DNA of 11,460 nucleotides from a bacterium. GTDB lineage: Bacteria > Oederibacteriota > PGYV01 > Palsa-1178. The position numbers and the translations under genes were made by a program. The stretch spans positions 1-11,460 of the forward strand of contig JBAXIL010000045.1 in the NCBI GenBank assembly GCA_037138355.1, read 5' to 3'. This document shows, one piece after another, positions 1-7,745 of this stretch. The notes below the pieces were generated by a model that saw only the letters and a list, made by a program, of their open reading frames with translations, did not search any database and had not been told where the DNA came from. Every line of letters begins with the position of its first letter. Within the stretch, counting starts at the first letter, position 1.

Positions 1-818
1 GTTCCTGGATAATTACCATACCAATCCCAACACCACTCAATAACATTTCCTGACATATCACGAATGCCAAGAGCATTTGGATTTTTACCACCTGCATCAT
101 GAGTAGTCGATGAAGCGTTTGCATTATACCAAGCAACTAAGCCAGTTGCTGTTGCATCAGTATAGTCCGCTGTAGCCCCACTGGCAAAATTAGGAGCTTT
201 CCAATTTGATGCATCTATATATCCTGCTGCATACTGCCACTCTCCTTCAGTCGGCAATCTGTATCCTGTTGCACTCCAGTTTACATATGGATAATCAAAA
301 CTTCCCAGATTTGAATTTATACTGTTATTATACATTCCGTTAGTAGAATCTTTAATAACGGCAGTATAACTTACATCAGAATAATAAAAAGCAGTCAGCC
401 CTGACTTTTCGCTATAAGCATTACACCAAACTATAGCATCTCTCCAGTTTATATATGTAACTGGTTCATATTTTGCCGTTGTAGTTAAGGCACCAGCAGT
501 TCCATTATTGCCTTCTTTGCCTGCATTTTGAAAAGTATAGCCATTATTTCCAGCCCATATATATACCGTGTACCATAAATCATAAGTCACTTCATATTTT
601 CCAATTTTGAATGCTGAAATTGTATGACTGAAACTATTTGCAGGAGAAGCAGTGTCAGTTTGAGTGTAAGTGCCAGCCGGTACAGTCACCATATCCGAAT
701 ATGGATATACTGGTACAATTGTTGCCGGTCCTGACGGAGAAGATGTTTTCGTACATCCTGCCGTGATACTAATAATAATAAATAATATCACCATCAATAA
801 AAATATTGTTTTTTTCAT
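1..818 (-). CDS. Formylglycine-generating enzyme (FGE/SUMF1/EgtB/PvdO-like) domain lipoprotein; 3' end truncated by the window edge
   Basis: Not in the ORF track; translated by hand. ATG at 818 with AAGGAGA RBS at 824-830, open for 272 codons to the edge. N-terminus MKKTIFLLMVILFIIISITAG-C22 is a lipoprotein signal with a lipobox-like TAGC. FGE-sulfatase family motifs: MVTVPAGTY, FKIGKYEVTYDLW, PVTYINWRDAIVWCNAYSEK, GYRLPTEGEWQYAA, PNALGIRDMSGNVIEWCWDWY. Confidence 0.92.
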   Translation of the reverse strand, partial: MKKTIFLLMVILFIIISITAGCTKTSSPSGPATIVPVYPYSDMVTVPAGTYTQTDTASPANSFSHTISAFKIGKYEVTYDLWYTVYIWAGNNGYTFQNAGKEGNNGTAGALTTTAKYEPVTYINWRDAIVWCNAYSEKSGLTAFYYSDVSYTAVIKDSTNGMYNNSINSNLGSFDYPYVNWSATGYRLPTEGEWQYAAGYIDASNWKAPNFASGATADYTDATATGLVAWYNANASSTTHDAGGKNPNALGIRDMSGNVIEWCWDWYGNYPG

Positions 819-841
819 TCTATTCTCCTTTTAATAATTAT

Positions 842-1801
842 TTATTTTTCCATTGCCTGTGCTTCTGGCATATTTTTCAGGAAATTCAAGATCTCATCTC
901 TATCTTCCATTTTCATAAGTGCTTGCCTTACATCAGAAGCCCTATCAAAACCTTTCAAATATTTATTGAAATATTTCCTTGCCTCAAGCATTCCAAATCG
1001 CGACTTTAAAATGTATAACATTTCAAAATGTCTTGCTGATGTCATAATGCGTTCTCTTAAAGTTGGACTATATGTGTCATCAGCAATTTCTTTAAATATA
1101 AAAGGATTCCCTATAGCAGCCCTTCCAATCATTACTGCATCACAGCCAGTTTCTTTTATCATTCGATGTGCCTCATTACTATTTGTGACATCCCCATTGC
1201 CTATTACAAAAAGTTTTGACTTTTCCTTCAACAAGCGTATATGTTCCCAGTTTGATTTACCTTTAAACATTTGCATTCGTGTTCGCGGATGAAGAGTTAT
1301 AGCCGAAACACCATTATCTTCAGCCATTTTATTGAACTCGAGATATACATCTTTTTTATCATCCCAGCCACTGCGAATTTTGATACTTACTGGTATTTTT
1401 ACTGCCTTAACAGTATTTTGTACTATTTTTTCAGCAAGTGGTAAATCAAGTAAGAGACTCGCTCCAGAACCTGAACCAGCCACCTTGCGAACAGGACAAC
1501 CAAAATTAATATCTATAATATCAAAACCCATTTCTTCTGCGGCTTTTGCAGCATCATAAAACATATCTGCTTTATTTCCAAATAATTGTATTCCTACTGG
1601 TTTTTCTTCTTGTGAAAAGTATGTTAACTTTTCCATTCGTGGACGCAATCGAGGTGTAGCCATAGTAAACTCACTTACCATTTCAGTATAAGCAAGCGAA
1701 GCACCATATTCCCTACACAATTTCCGGAATGGATAATCAGTATAACCAGCAAGCGGTGCTACTATAAATGGAAATTTTTTTATATGTTCAAATAAGTTCA
1801 T
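842..1801 (-). CDS. dusB: tRNA-dihydrouridine synthase, DusB/NifR3 type
   Basis: 319 aa with APLAGYTDYPFR, TEMVS, IQLFG, DINFGCP (catalytic Cys), GSGASLL, KIRSGWD, HPRT, GNGDV and MIGRAAIGNP. Start overlaps the upstream stop codon (ATGA, 1798-1801). Confidence 0.93.
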   Translation of the reverse strand: MNLFEHIKKFPFIVAPLAGYTDYPFRKLCREYGASLAYTEMVSEFTMATPRLRPRMEKLTYFSQEEKPVGIQLFGNKADMFYDAAKAAEEMGFDIIDINFGCPVRKVAGSGSGASLLLDLPLAEKIVQNTVKAVKIPVSIKIRSGWDDKKDVYLEFNKMAEDNGVSAITLHPRTRMQMFKGKSNWEHIRLLKEKSKLFVIGNGDVTNSNEAHRMIKETGCDAVMIGRAAIGNPFIFKEIADDTYSPTLRERIMTSARHFEMLYILKSRFGMLEARKYFNKYLKGFDRASDVRQALMKMEDRDEILNFLKNMPEAQAMEK

Positions 1802-2280
1802 TTTTTCTTTGCTTTTTTCTTTCTTGTGCTGTTTACAACTTTATTTTCAAAAAAATCATTTAATTTATTGATAACAATAAATACAAGCATTATTACAGCC
1901 GTAGAAAGTGCCGCTAAATAGTAATTCCCAGCACCAACTGCTACCCCAATTCCTGCCACACTCCACAAGCTTGCTGCAGTGGTCAATCCAATCACCGAGC
2001 CACCAAATCGCAATATTGTTCCTGCCCCTAAAAATCCGATACCAGTTACTATCTGTGCCGCAATTCTGCTTGGATCCACTTGCGTCTTTCCGGAGAACTC
2101 TATATAAAAATAAATAGACATAATAGTAAATATAGTTGAACCCAAACCTACAAGTATATGAGTTTTTGTCCCTGCTGGTTTATGACGAAGCTCTCTATCA
2201 AAGCCCACAATTCCCGCAAGTAGGACTATCATTATTACTCTTAAGGTCATGTCAGTTACTGTCATTACATCGATGGCCAT
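1798..2280 (-). CDS. MgtC/SapB family membrane protein, short form (membrane domain only)
   Basis: 160 aa hydrophobic protein with family motifs GIVGFDRE..HKPAGTKTHILVGLGS, DPSRIAAQIVTGIGFLGAGTI and GLTTAASLWSVAGIGVAVGAG. AAGGAGG RBS upstream of the ATG at 2280. Confidence 0.92.
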   Translation of the reverse strand: MAIDVMTVTDMTLRVIMIVLLAGIVGFDRELRHKPAGTKTHILVGLGSTIFTIMSIYFYIEFSGKTQVDPSRIAAQIVTGIGFLGAGTILRFGGSVIGLTTAASLWSVAGIGVAVGAGNYYLAALSTAVIMLVFIVINKLNDFFENKVVNSTRKKKAKKK

Positions 2281-2293
2281 ATATTCCTCCTTG

Positions 2294-3310
2294 TTATTTC
2301 GAATTCAAAACTGGTAATTCTGGTTGTATTTCCAAATCCATATCGGACGATATCCCATTTTTTAAATACTGCCATCCTGTGTATGCAATCATGGCACCAT
2401 TATCAGTACAAAGCTTCATACTTGGAACAAAAAATTTCATATTATGGTCCTTAGCAAATATTTCCAGTTCGTGCTTTAAATAATTATTCGCCGCCACTCC
2501 ACCAGATATAGCAATAGTGTTTACTCTATACTCTTCATAAATTCGTTTCATTTTATTTGATATAGAACGCACTATTGATTTTTGAAATGCAGCCGCTATG
2601 TCATTTACGGTCACTTCTCCGTTATCTATGGCGACTTTGTTCCTCTGTATATAGTATAGCACAGCCGTTTTGATTCCGCTGAAAGAAAAATCATAACTCT
2701 TATCTTTCATTTGAGCCTGTGGAAATATTATTTTTGAAGCATCACCAGAAACCGCCGCTTTTGATATCTCAGGGCCACCAGGATAAGGCAGACCGAGCAT
2801 TTTAGCTGCTTTATCAAAAGCTTCTCCTGCCGCATCATCACGGGTACTTCCAATCAGCTTGTAATCAGCAAAACCTTTTGCTAAATATACATTGGTATGA
2901 CCACCAGAAATCACAAGACCGAGAAAGGGATAAGAAAAATCTTTATATTCAATAAAAGGACTTAACAAATGCGCTTCCACATGGTTCACGCCAATTAATT
3001 TAATTTTCAAAGCCACACTCAGTGCTTTGGCATATGACACTCCAACTATTAAACCTCCAGCCAAACCTGGAGTGTTTGTAACTGCAATGCCATTTAAATC
3101 CTTAAAAGTGATTCCTGCTTTATCTATCGCCTCTTGAACTACAAGCGGAAGCTTACTCATATGCTCTCTGGCAGCAATCTCTGGAACAACCCCACCATAA
3201 ACACGGTGCAGCTTTATCTGTGAAAAAATAATATTTGACAATACCTTGCCATTTTTTAATACAGAAGCAGAGGTTTCATCGCAGGAAGTTTCAATACCTA
3301 AGATATACAA
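2294..3310 (-). CDS. tsaD: tRNA N6-adenosine threonylcarbamoyltransferase TsaD (Kae1/YgjD family)
   Basis: 338 aa with ILGIETSCDET, GGVVPEIAAREH, metal-binding HVEAH, SGGHT, TRDDAAGEAFDK, YPGGP, FSFSGIKTA, GGVAAN and CTDNGAMIA. TTG start with AAGGAG 7 nt upstream. Confidence 0.97.
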   Translation of the reverse strand: MYILGIETSCDETSASVLKNGKVLSNIIFSQIKLHRVYGGVVPEIAAREHMSKLPLVVQEAIDKAGITFKDLNGIAVTNTPGLAGGLIVGVSYAKALSVALKIKLIGVNHVEAHLLSPFIEYKDFSYPFLGLVISGGHTNVYLAKGFADYKLIGSTRDDAAGEAFDKAAKMLGLPYPGGPEISKAAVSGDASKIIFPQAQMKDKSYDFSFSGIKTAVLYYIQRNKVAIDNGEVTVNDIAAAFQKSIVRSISNKMKRIYEEYRVNTIAISGGVAANNYLKHELEIFAKDHNMKFFVPSMKLCTDNGAMIAYTGWQYLKNGISSDMDLEIQPELPVLNSK

Positions 3311-3348
3311 AGCAGTACTCCTTATTTATGTTTGATATTATCTGATTA

Positions 3349-4395
3349 TTATTGCAATAGTTCTGAAACATATACAAATTCAAAACCTTCGGCCTCAAGC
3401 TTTGGCATCATAATCGAAAGTGTCCGAAGCGTTGTTGGATCGTCATGCCCTATCCCTATGGCCCAACCCTTTTTACGCGCTAAAGCTTTTAATTTATTTA
3501 TCTGCTTTTCATTATAGGACGACACTTTTTTATTATCTATAAATATATCACTTCTTCCCCAACGCATTCCCAATGACTTTGCCATTTTATATGCTACGGT
3601 CTTCGGTGTGGTGAAGCTATCAATAAAGAAATAGTTTCTTTCTTTTAAAACTTCAAGCACAGTGGTTATAGCAGTTTTATCCGCAGTCACTAAAGAGCCT
3701 TCATGGTTATTTACACCAGTATAATGCGGGACTGCCCCTGCTAAAGAATCTACTATTTCAATTATTTTTTTTCTATCCATATTTTTGAGAACTGTTATTT
3801 TTTCCATTTTCATTTTTTTCTCTGGCTGCATAGGCAAATGCAACATAATACCTTTCTTGTTATTGAAAGCAGCTTCAGCCGCAGCAGTAGTAAAAAGCAA
3901 ACCAGGTAATATCGCAACAGTAAAAGGTTGATCTATAAAAGCAAGATACGGCAAGCCGGTCTTGTGATAGCCCCAATCGTCAACTATTACCGCTATCTTT
4001 GGTTTAGTGCTTTTAACAAATCGCAATTTACTAATAACCGCGTAAGGTGATTGTATTGTCACTTCAAGTATTTGTTGTTTGTCGTTATTTACAGCAGCAA
4101 AAGAAACAGTAGCACCTTCTACTTTAGAAAATCTTTCTGCTATTGCTGTTTTTAAAGATTTATTGTCATAACGCATAGGCATTCTTGCTGTAAGTTCATA
4201 TATGCCATCAGCTTTTTGACTCGTCACAAGAAGTGGATCAACAAGAATATTAGGAATAATAAAGGCCTCAACATTTTTCTTGATTTCAGCAGCTATGCGT
4301 CCAACTCTTGGTACATAATAATACTTATAATAAACAAATGCTCCAACTGCCAGAAGCAATAACACCACAAGCAATGAAGAAGATGTTTTTTTCAT
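3349..4395 (-). CDS. Divergent polysaccharide deacetylase family protein (YibQ/DUF610-like) with N-terminal membrane anchor
   Basis: 348 aa. N-terminal hydrophobic helix, then about 100 aa of unassigned sequence, then IAVIVDDWGY, FTVAILP, MLHLPMQP, GVNNHEGS, FFIDSFT, DIFIDN and AIGIGH. A position directly after an S41 protease is a known neighbourhood for this family. Confidence 0.9.
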   Translation of the reverse strand: MKKTSSSLLVVLLLLAVGAFVYYKYYYVPRVGRIAAEIKKNVEAFIIPNILVDPLLVTSQKADGIYELTARMPMRYDNKSLKTAIAERFSKVEGATVSFAAVNNDKQQILEVTIQSPYAVISKLRFVKSTKPKIAVIVDDWGYHKTGLPYLAFIDQPFTVAILPGLLFTTAAAEAAFNNKKGIMLHLPMQPEKKMKMEKITVLKNMDRKKIIEIVDSLAGAVPHYTGVNNHEGSLVTADKTAITTVLEVLKERNYFFIDSFTTPKTVAYKMAKSLGMRWGRSDIFIDNKKVSSYNEKQINKLKALARKKGWAIGIGHDDPTTLRTLSIMMPKLEAEGFEFVYVSELLQ

Positions 4396-5856
4396 TTAGG
4401 ACTTCTTCAGTTTGTCCATGGTATTAAGTATGCCTATAGCACGCTTTACCTGTGAATCGTTTTCTATAGCAGCTTTTCTCGAAGCAATTCTGCCTTTTAA
4501 AGTATTTGCTATTTCTACTTTTATCCATTTTAAAATAACATTTCTATCCTGTGCGAGCTCTTGTATTTTTATCTCTTCTTTTTGCAACTTTAAATATTTT
4601 CTAAACTCTTCCATTAGCTTTTGGTCCTCATCCTTTTTAAATAGAACCTTTATATCTGACTCCGAAACTTTAACACTCTCTTTTTTAGCAACATCTATTC
4701 CTTCTGGATGTTTTTTGAGATATTCCTTCACGAAATCTTCAAATATATTTTTTTCATAAAGATTGGCAGTATAGGTTGATGGAATTTCTTCTTCCATAAC
4801 TATATCTGGGGTTATACCGACTCCATGTATTTTCTTCCCGCTCGGTGTCATGTAAGTTGCAGTAGTTAATCTTAAAGCAGATTTATCTGATAATGGAATT
4901 ATTGTTTGAACAGATCCTTTTCCAAATGACTGCGTTCCCAAAATAATTGCTCTATTATGATCCTGCAAAGCACCAGAAAGAATTTCAGAAGCAGAAGCGC
5001 TTCCCCCATTAATCAATACCACTATATCGCCTTTGTATAGCTCATCATTTTCCGCTTTAAATTCCATTCCTTTTGATTTAGATCTACCCTCTGTGTAAAC
5101 AATGAGGTCGCCTTTAGGAAGAAAAAAGTCTGAGATTTTAACCGCTTGATCAAGCAAACCACCTGGATCATCGCGTAAATCTATGACAAGTTTTTTAATA
5201 TTACTTTTATTAAACTCTTTAAGACCTTTTTCTATAATATCAGAACCATCTCCCATGAACTGGTTTATCCTGATATAACCCACATCATCACTTAAGGTAT
5301 TGCATCTGGCAGTTTCTATTTTGATAATAGCGCGCTCTAAAATATAATCCTTAAAATCAGGAACATTTCCACGCTGAATTGAGATAGTTACTTTTGTTCC
5401 TGGCTCACCACGGAGCTTATGAACTGCATCCATTACATCAAGTCCATCTGTTGAATCTCCGTCTATCAACATAATCTTATCACCTGATTTTATACCAGCA
5501 GTATAAGCAGGAGTATCTTCAATCGGTGACACTACTATCAGTTGTCCATCTTTTACAGAAATCTCTATACCAAGTCCGCCAAACTGAGCCTTCGTATCAT
5601 CGCTCATATCTTTATATGCCATTTGATTCATATACTGTGAGAATGGGTCTATGTGTTGTACCATTCCTTTTATCGCAGAATCCACAAGGTCTTTTGGTAC
5701 TGTTTTATCTTCATCCACATAGTTTTCTTGAATTAAAGCATACACTTCCATAAATGGCTTTAAGGCCTCGTATGAATCTTTTTGCTTATCTGCTTTGATA
5801 ATAAAAGAAAACACGAGAGTAAAAACAAACAAACACATTACAAATGATTTTTTCAT
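4396..5856 (-). CDS. ctpA: S41A carboxyl-terminal processing protease (CtpA/Prc-like) with PDZ domain
   Basis: 486 aa. Signal or anchor helix, DPFSQY, PDZ (FGGLGIEI...TPAYTAGIKSGD), VGYIRINQF, DLRDDPGGLL, GSASASEILSGALQD (catalytic Ser), SFGKGSVQ (catalytic Lys), GITPDI. GGAGG RBS upstream. The stop codon abuts the next start (TAA-ATG). Confidence 0.93.
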   Translation of the reverse strand: MKKSFVMCLFVFTLVFSFIIKADKQKDSYEALKPFMEVYALIQENYVDEDKTVPKDLVDSAIKGMVQHIDPFSQYMNQMAYKDMSDDTKAQFGGLGIEISVKDGQLIVVSPIEDTPAYTAGIKSGDKIMLIDGDSTDGLDVMDAVHKLRGEPGTKVTISIQRGNVPDFKDYILERAIIKIETARCNTLSDDVGYIRINQFMGDGSDIIEKGLKEFNKSNIKKLVIDLRDDPGGLLDQAVKISDFFLPKGDLIVYTEGRSKSKGMEFKAENDELYKGDIVVLINGGSASASEILSGALQDHNRAIILGTQSFGKGSVQTIIPLSDKSALRLTTATYMTPSGKKIHGVGITPDIVMEEEIPSTYTANLYEKNIFEDFVKEYLKKHPEGIDVAKKESVKVSESDIKVLFKKDEDQKLMEEFRKYLKLQKEEIKIQELAQDRNVILKWIKVEIANTLKGRIASRKAAIENDSQVKRAIGILNTMDKLKKS

Positions 5857-5903
5857 ATATCCTCCATAAAAATTTCAGATTTGCGCAGTTATAAACTTTC
5901 ATA

Positions 5904-5932
5904 ATACTATAATAAAAAATAGCAAAAGTCAA
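5904..5932 (-). promoter_or_regulatory. Putative sigma70-type promoter for the ctpA-tsaD-dusB operon
   Basis: On the minus strand TTGACT (5932-5927), 17 bp spacer, TAGTAT (5909-5904), about 50 bp upstream of the ctpA ATG. Sequence match only. Confidence 0.55.
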
Positions 5933-5936
5933 ATCG

Positions 5937-6773
5937 TTAAAATTTTCCTCTGCTCGCTATATATATCCAACCATCCTTGCCTTTTGGACCTTCCTTTATT
6001 TCCCATTTTCCATTAAGTCCCAACTCCTGTGCAGCCATGTCAAAGTTGCACATGCCAATCCCCATATCCATAAGTTGAATATCTTCTCTGGGTTCCTGCC
6101 AGTAACCTGGGGTGCGTTCAAGAAACAAATGCAGTACCTCTCCATCTTTTATTATTCTCCACGGCTGTTTATTTGATGCAGATGGAGCAAGCCGTAAAGC
6201 TGCGAGCGGTATTTTATAATTGCCACTTTCTTCTTCTGTAAGTAATGTTTCATGATTTCCATTAAAGAAAATATCTTTCCAAGATTTTCTGGTATCTGCC
6301 GCCACAAAAAGTCTTGTTGCCGTGTCAGATACATCCCTAATTTTTGCAGCATAACCCAATGGCACAACTGCTGGGATTATTTCATCTGCTTTTGCTTCAA
6401 TTTTTTTCATAAAGCCAGCCCTGCTGAAAGTTCCTCCCACCCAAACCGTGCCTATACCAAGAGTCACAGCGGCAAGAATATTTTTTTCCATAAGATACCC
6501 GTAATCTAAAACCGCTGTGGTATTTTTCTTCACCACTCCAGCCATAAAATATTTCGGACCTCTTATGTTTCCATAACTTGCAAGTTGTTTTAGTTCTTCC
6601 TGACCAGCTCCTGTTAAGTCAATAAGTTCAAACCTAATTTCATTGCCAAATGGACCTTTTTGATTGGACTGAATAAATGAAACAAATGTTTCCTTTATTT
6701 CAGGCAGTAGAAGTCTATCTTCAAAGGTTCTTACAGATTTCCTCTTTTTAATTTCTTCATATGTAATGTTCAT
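5937..6773 (-). CDS. Nitroreductase family protein (two-domain, TM1586-like)
   Basis: FMN-binding IKKRKSVRTF near the N-terminus, YGYLMEKNILAAVTLGIGTVWVGGTF, RLAPSASNKQPW and MDMGIGMCNF. Start moved from 6803 to the ATG at 6773 (278 aa) because AAGGAG lies just upstream of it. Confidence 0.88.
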   Translation of the reverse strand: MNITYEEIKKRKSVRTFEDRLLLPEIKETFVSFIQSNQKGPFGNEIRFELIDLTGAGQEELKQLASYGNIRGPKYFMAGVVKKNTTAVLDYGYLMEKNILAAVTLGIGTVWVGGTFSRAGFMKKIEAKADEIIPAVVPLGYAAKIRDVSDTATRLFVAADTRKSWKDIFFNGNHETLLTEEESGNYKIPLAALRLAPSASNKQPWRIIKDGEVLHLFLERTPGYWQEPREDIQLMDMGIGMCNFDMAAQELGLNGKWEIKEGPKGKDGWIYIASRGKF

Positions 6774-6876
6774 GAGGCACTCCTTTTGATATAATATTAA
6801 CATTTTCGCCTAACTATCCGGTATAAGTCAAGGCAATAAAATCGCCAGCAAATACAAGATTTGTGAAAGAATATAC

Positions 6877-6904
6877 TTGCTTACTATAGGTTTATATATA
6901 TAAT
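6877..6904 (+). promoter_or_regulatory. Putative sigma70-type promoter for the beta-barrel genes
   Basis: TTGCTT (6877-6882), 16 bp spacer, perfect TATAAT (6899-6904), followed by GGAGG at 6914-6918. Confidence 0.5.
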
Positions 6905-6923
6905 TAGGTATATGGAGGATTTT

Positions 6924-7685
6924 ATGAAAAAACTATTATTCTTAACTTTGTTAGTATTACTTGCTTTTACCTCAGGACTTTTAGCCGCTGTACATATTGG
7001 CGTAAATGCAGGTTATTCTTATGCTACTCTCGACGATATGAAGGCGGGCTTTCAAGCAGTAAAAACACAAGCCTTAGCTGCCAGCAAAACAGCCAAGGTT
7101 AGTGACTTTGGAACATCTGTTTTTGCCAATTTCGACCTCGATATCGGTTTAACCGATGTTTTAACTTTCGGACCGCGCTCTGGAGTTCAGTATGTGTTCC
7201 CCGTTGAATTAAATACAGATATTGTTGATTCGCTCACAAATACTAAAATCACATACTCCGCCTTTCTCATACCTATTATGTTAGGAGCAAATGTAAATCT
7301 AAAAATTCCTATAACTGCAGTTCAATTAACAATTGGTGGATTTGCGGGCTACGGTATTGCTTTTGTTAATAATAAAGTTGTGTCAGCTTCCGGCTTTGTC
7401 GCCCCTTATGATGTAAAATCATATAATAGCGTTTATCAAGGCGGTGGTCTTATGTATGAGGCCTCTGGGGCTTTTGAAATCTTTCTTGCTAATTTTTTTA
7501 CTATAAGCATTAATCTCGGCTATCGGGTGGCAAAGTTCAGCAATCTTAGGACTACTAACAAAGTTGAAATAGCAGGTCATACAATAGTTTCCCAAGATCA
7601 ACTTTTAACAGATGCTACAGGTCAAACAAGAACAGTTGATTTTTCTGGTTTTAACGGTGGTATAGGATTGAACTTAAGATTTTAA
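6924..7685 (+). CDS. Predicted outer-membrane beta-barrel protein (paralog 1)
   Basis: Start placed at the ATG at 6924 because GGAGG is at 6914-6918; the ORF track starts at 6912. Sec signal MKKLLFLTLLVLLAFTSGLLA. Alternating amphipathic strands rich in G/Y/F (IGVNAGYSY, IGGFAGYG, INLGYR). C-terminal strand ends in Phe (GGIGLNLRF), resembling a BAM beta-signal. Confidence 0.72.
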   Translation: MKKLLFLTLLVLLAFTSGLLAAVHIGVNAGYSYATLDDMKAGFQAVKTQALAASKTAKVSDFGTSVFANFDLDIGLTDVLTFGPRSGVQYVFPVELNTDIVDSLTNTKITYSAFLIPIMLGANVNLKIPITAVQLTIGGFAGYGIAFVNNKVVSASGFVAPYDVKSYNSVYQGGGLMYEASGAFEIFLANFFTISINLGYRVAKFSNLRTTNKVEIAGHTIVSQDQLLTDATGQTRTVDFSGFNGGIGLNLRF

Positions 7686-7745
7686 ATTAATTTTTCAAAC
7701 AATAGATAAACTTTTTTTTCAAATAAAATACAAACGAGGTGCTTT

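Noticed and set aside
806..2483. Short plus-strand ORFs 806-1009, 966-1292, 1332-1559, 1908-2117 and 2136-2483
   Set aside because: Antisense shadows of dusB, the MgtC-like gene and tsaD, with no recognisable motifs.
3040..3090. TsaD motif TNTPGL instead of the common TxGPGL, considered as a sign of inactivation
   Set aside because: All metal- and substrate-binding motifs are intact, and to my recollection this position varies in several phyla.
3332..6509. Short ORFs 3332-3517, 4412-4759, 5526-5753, 6152-6367 and 6252-6509
   Set aside because: They overlap well-supported genes on the opposite strand or in another frame, and have no family motifs.
6774..6803. Longer N-terminus (MLILYQKECL) for the nitroreductase
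   Set aside because: The Shine-Dalgarno sequence lies inside this extension, just before ATG 6773, and family similarity starts at MNITYEEIKKRKS.
7686..7745. T8 run and repeated TTTTTCAAA between the two barrel genes, considered as a terminator or phase-variation tract
   Set aside because: There is no GC-rich stem before the T run, and such runs are expected at this AT content.
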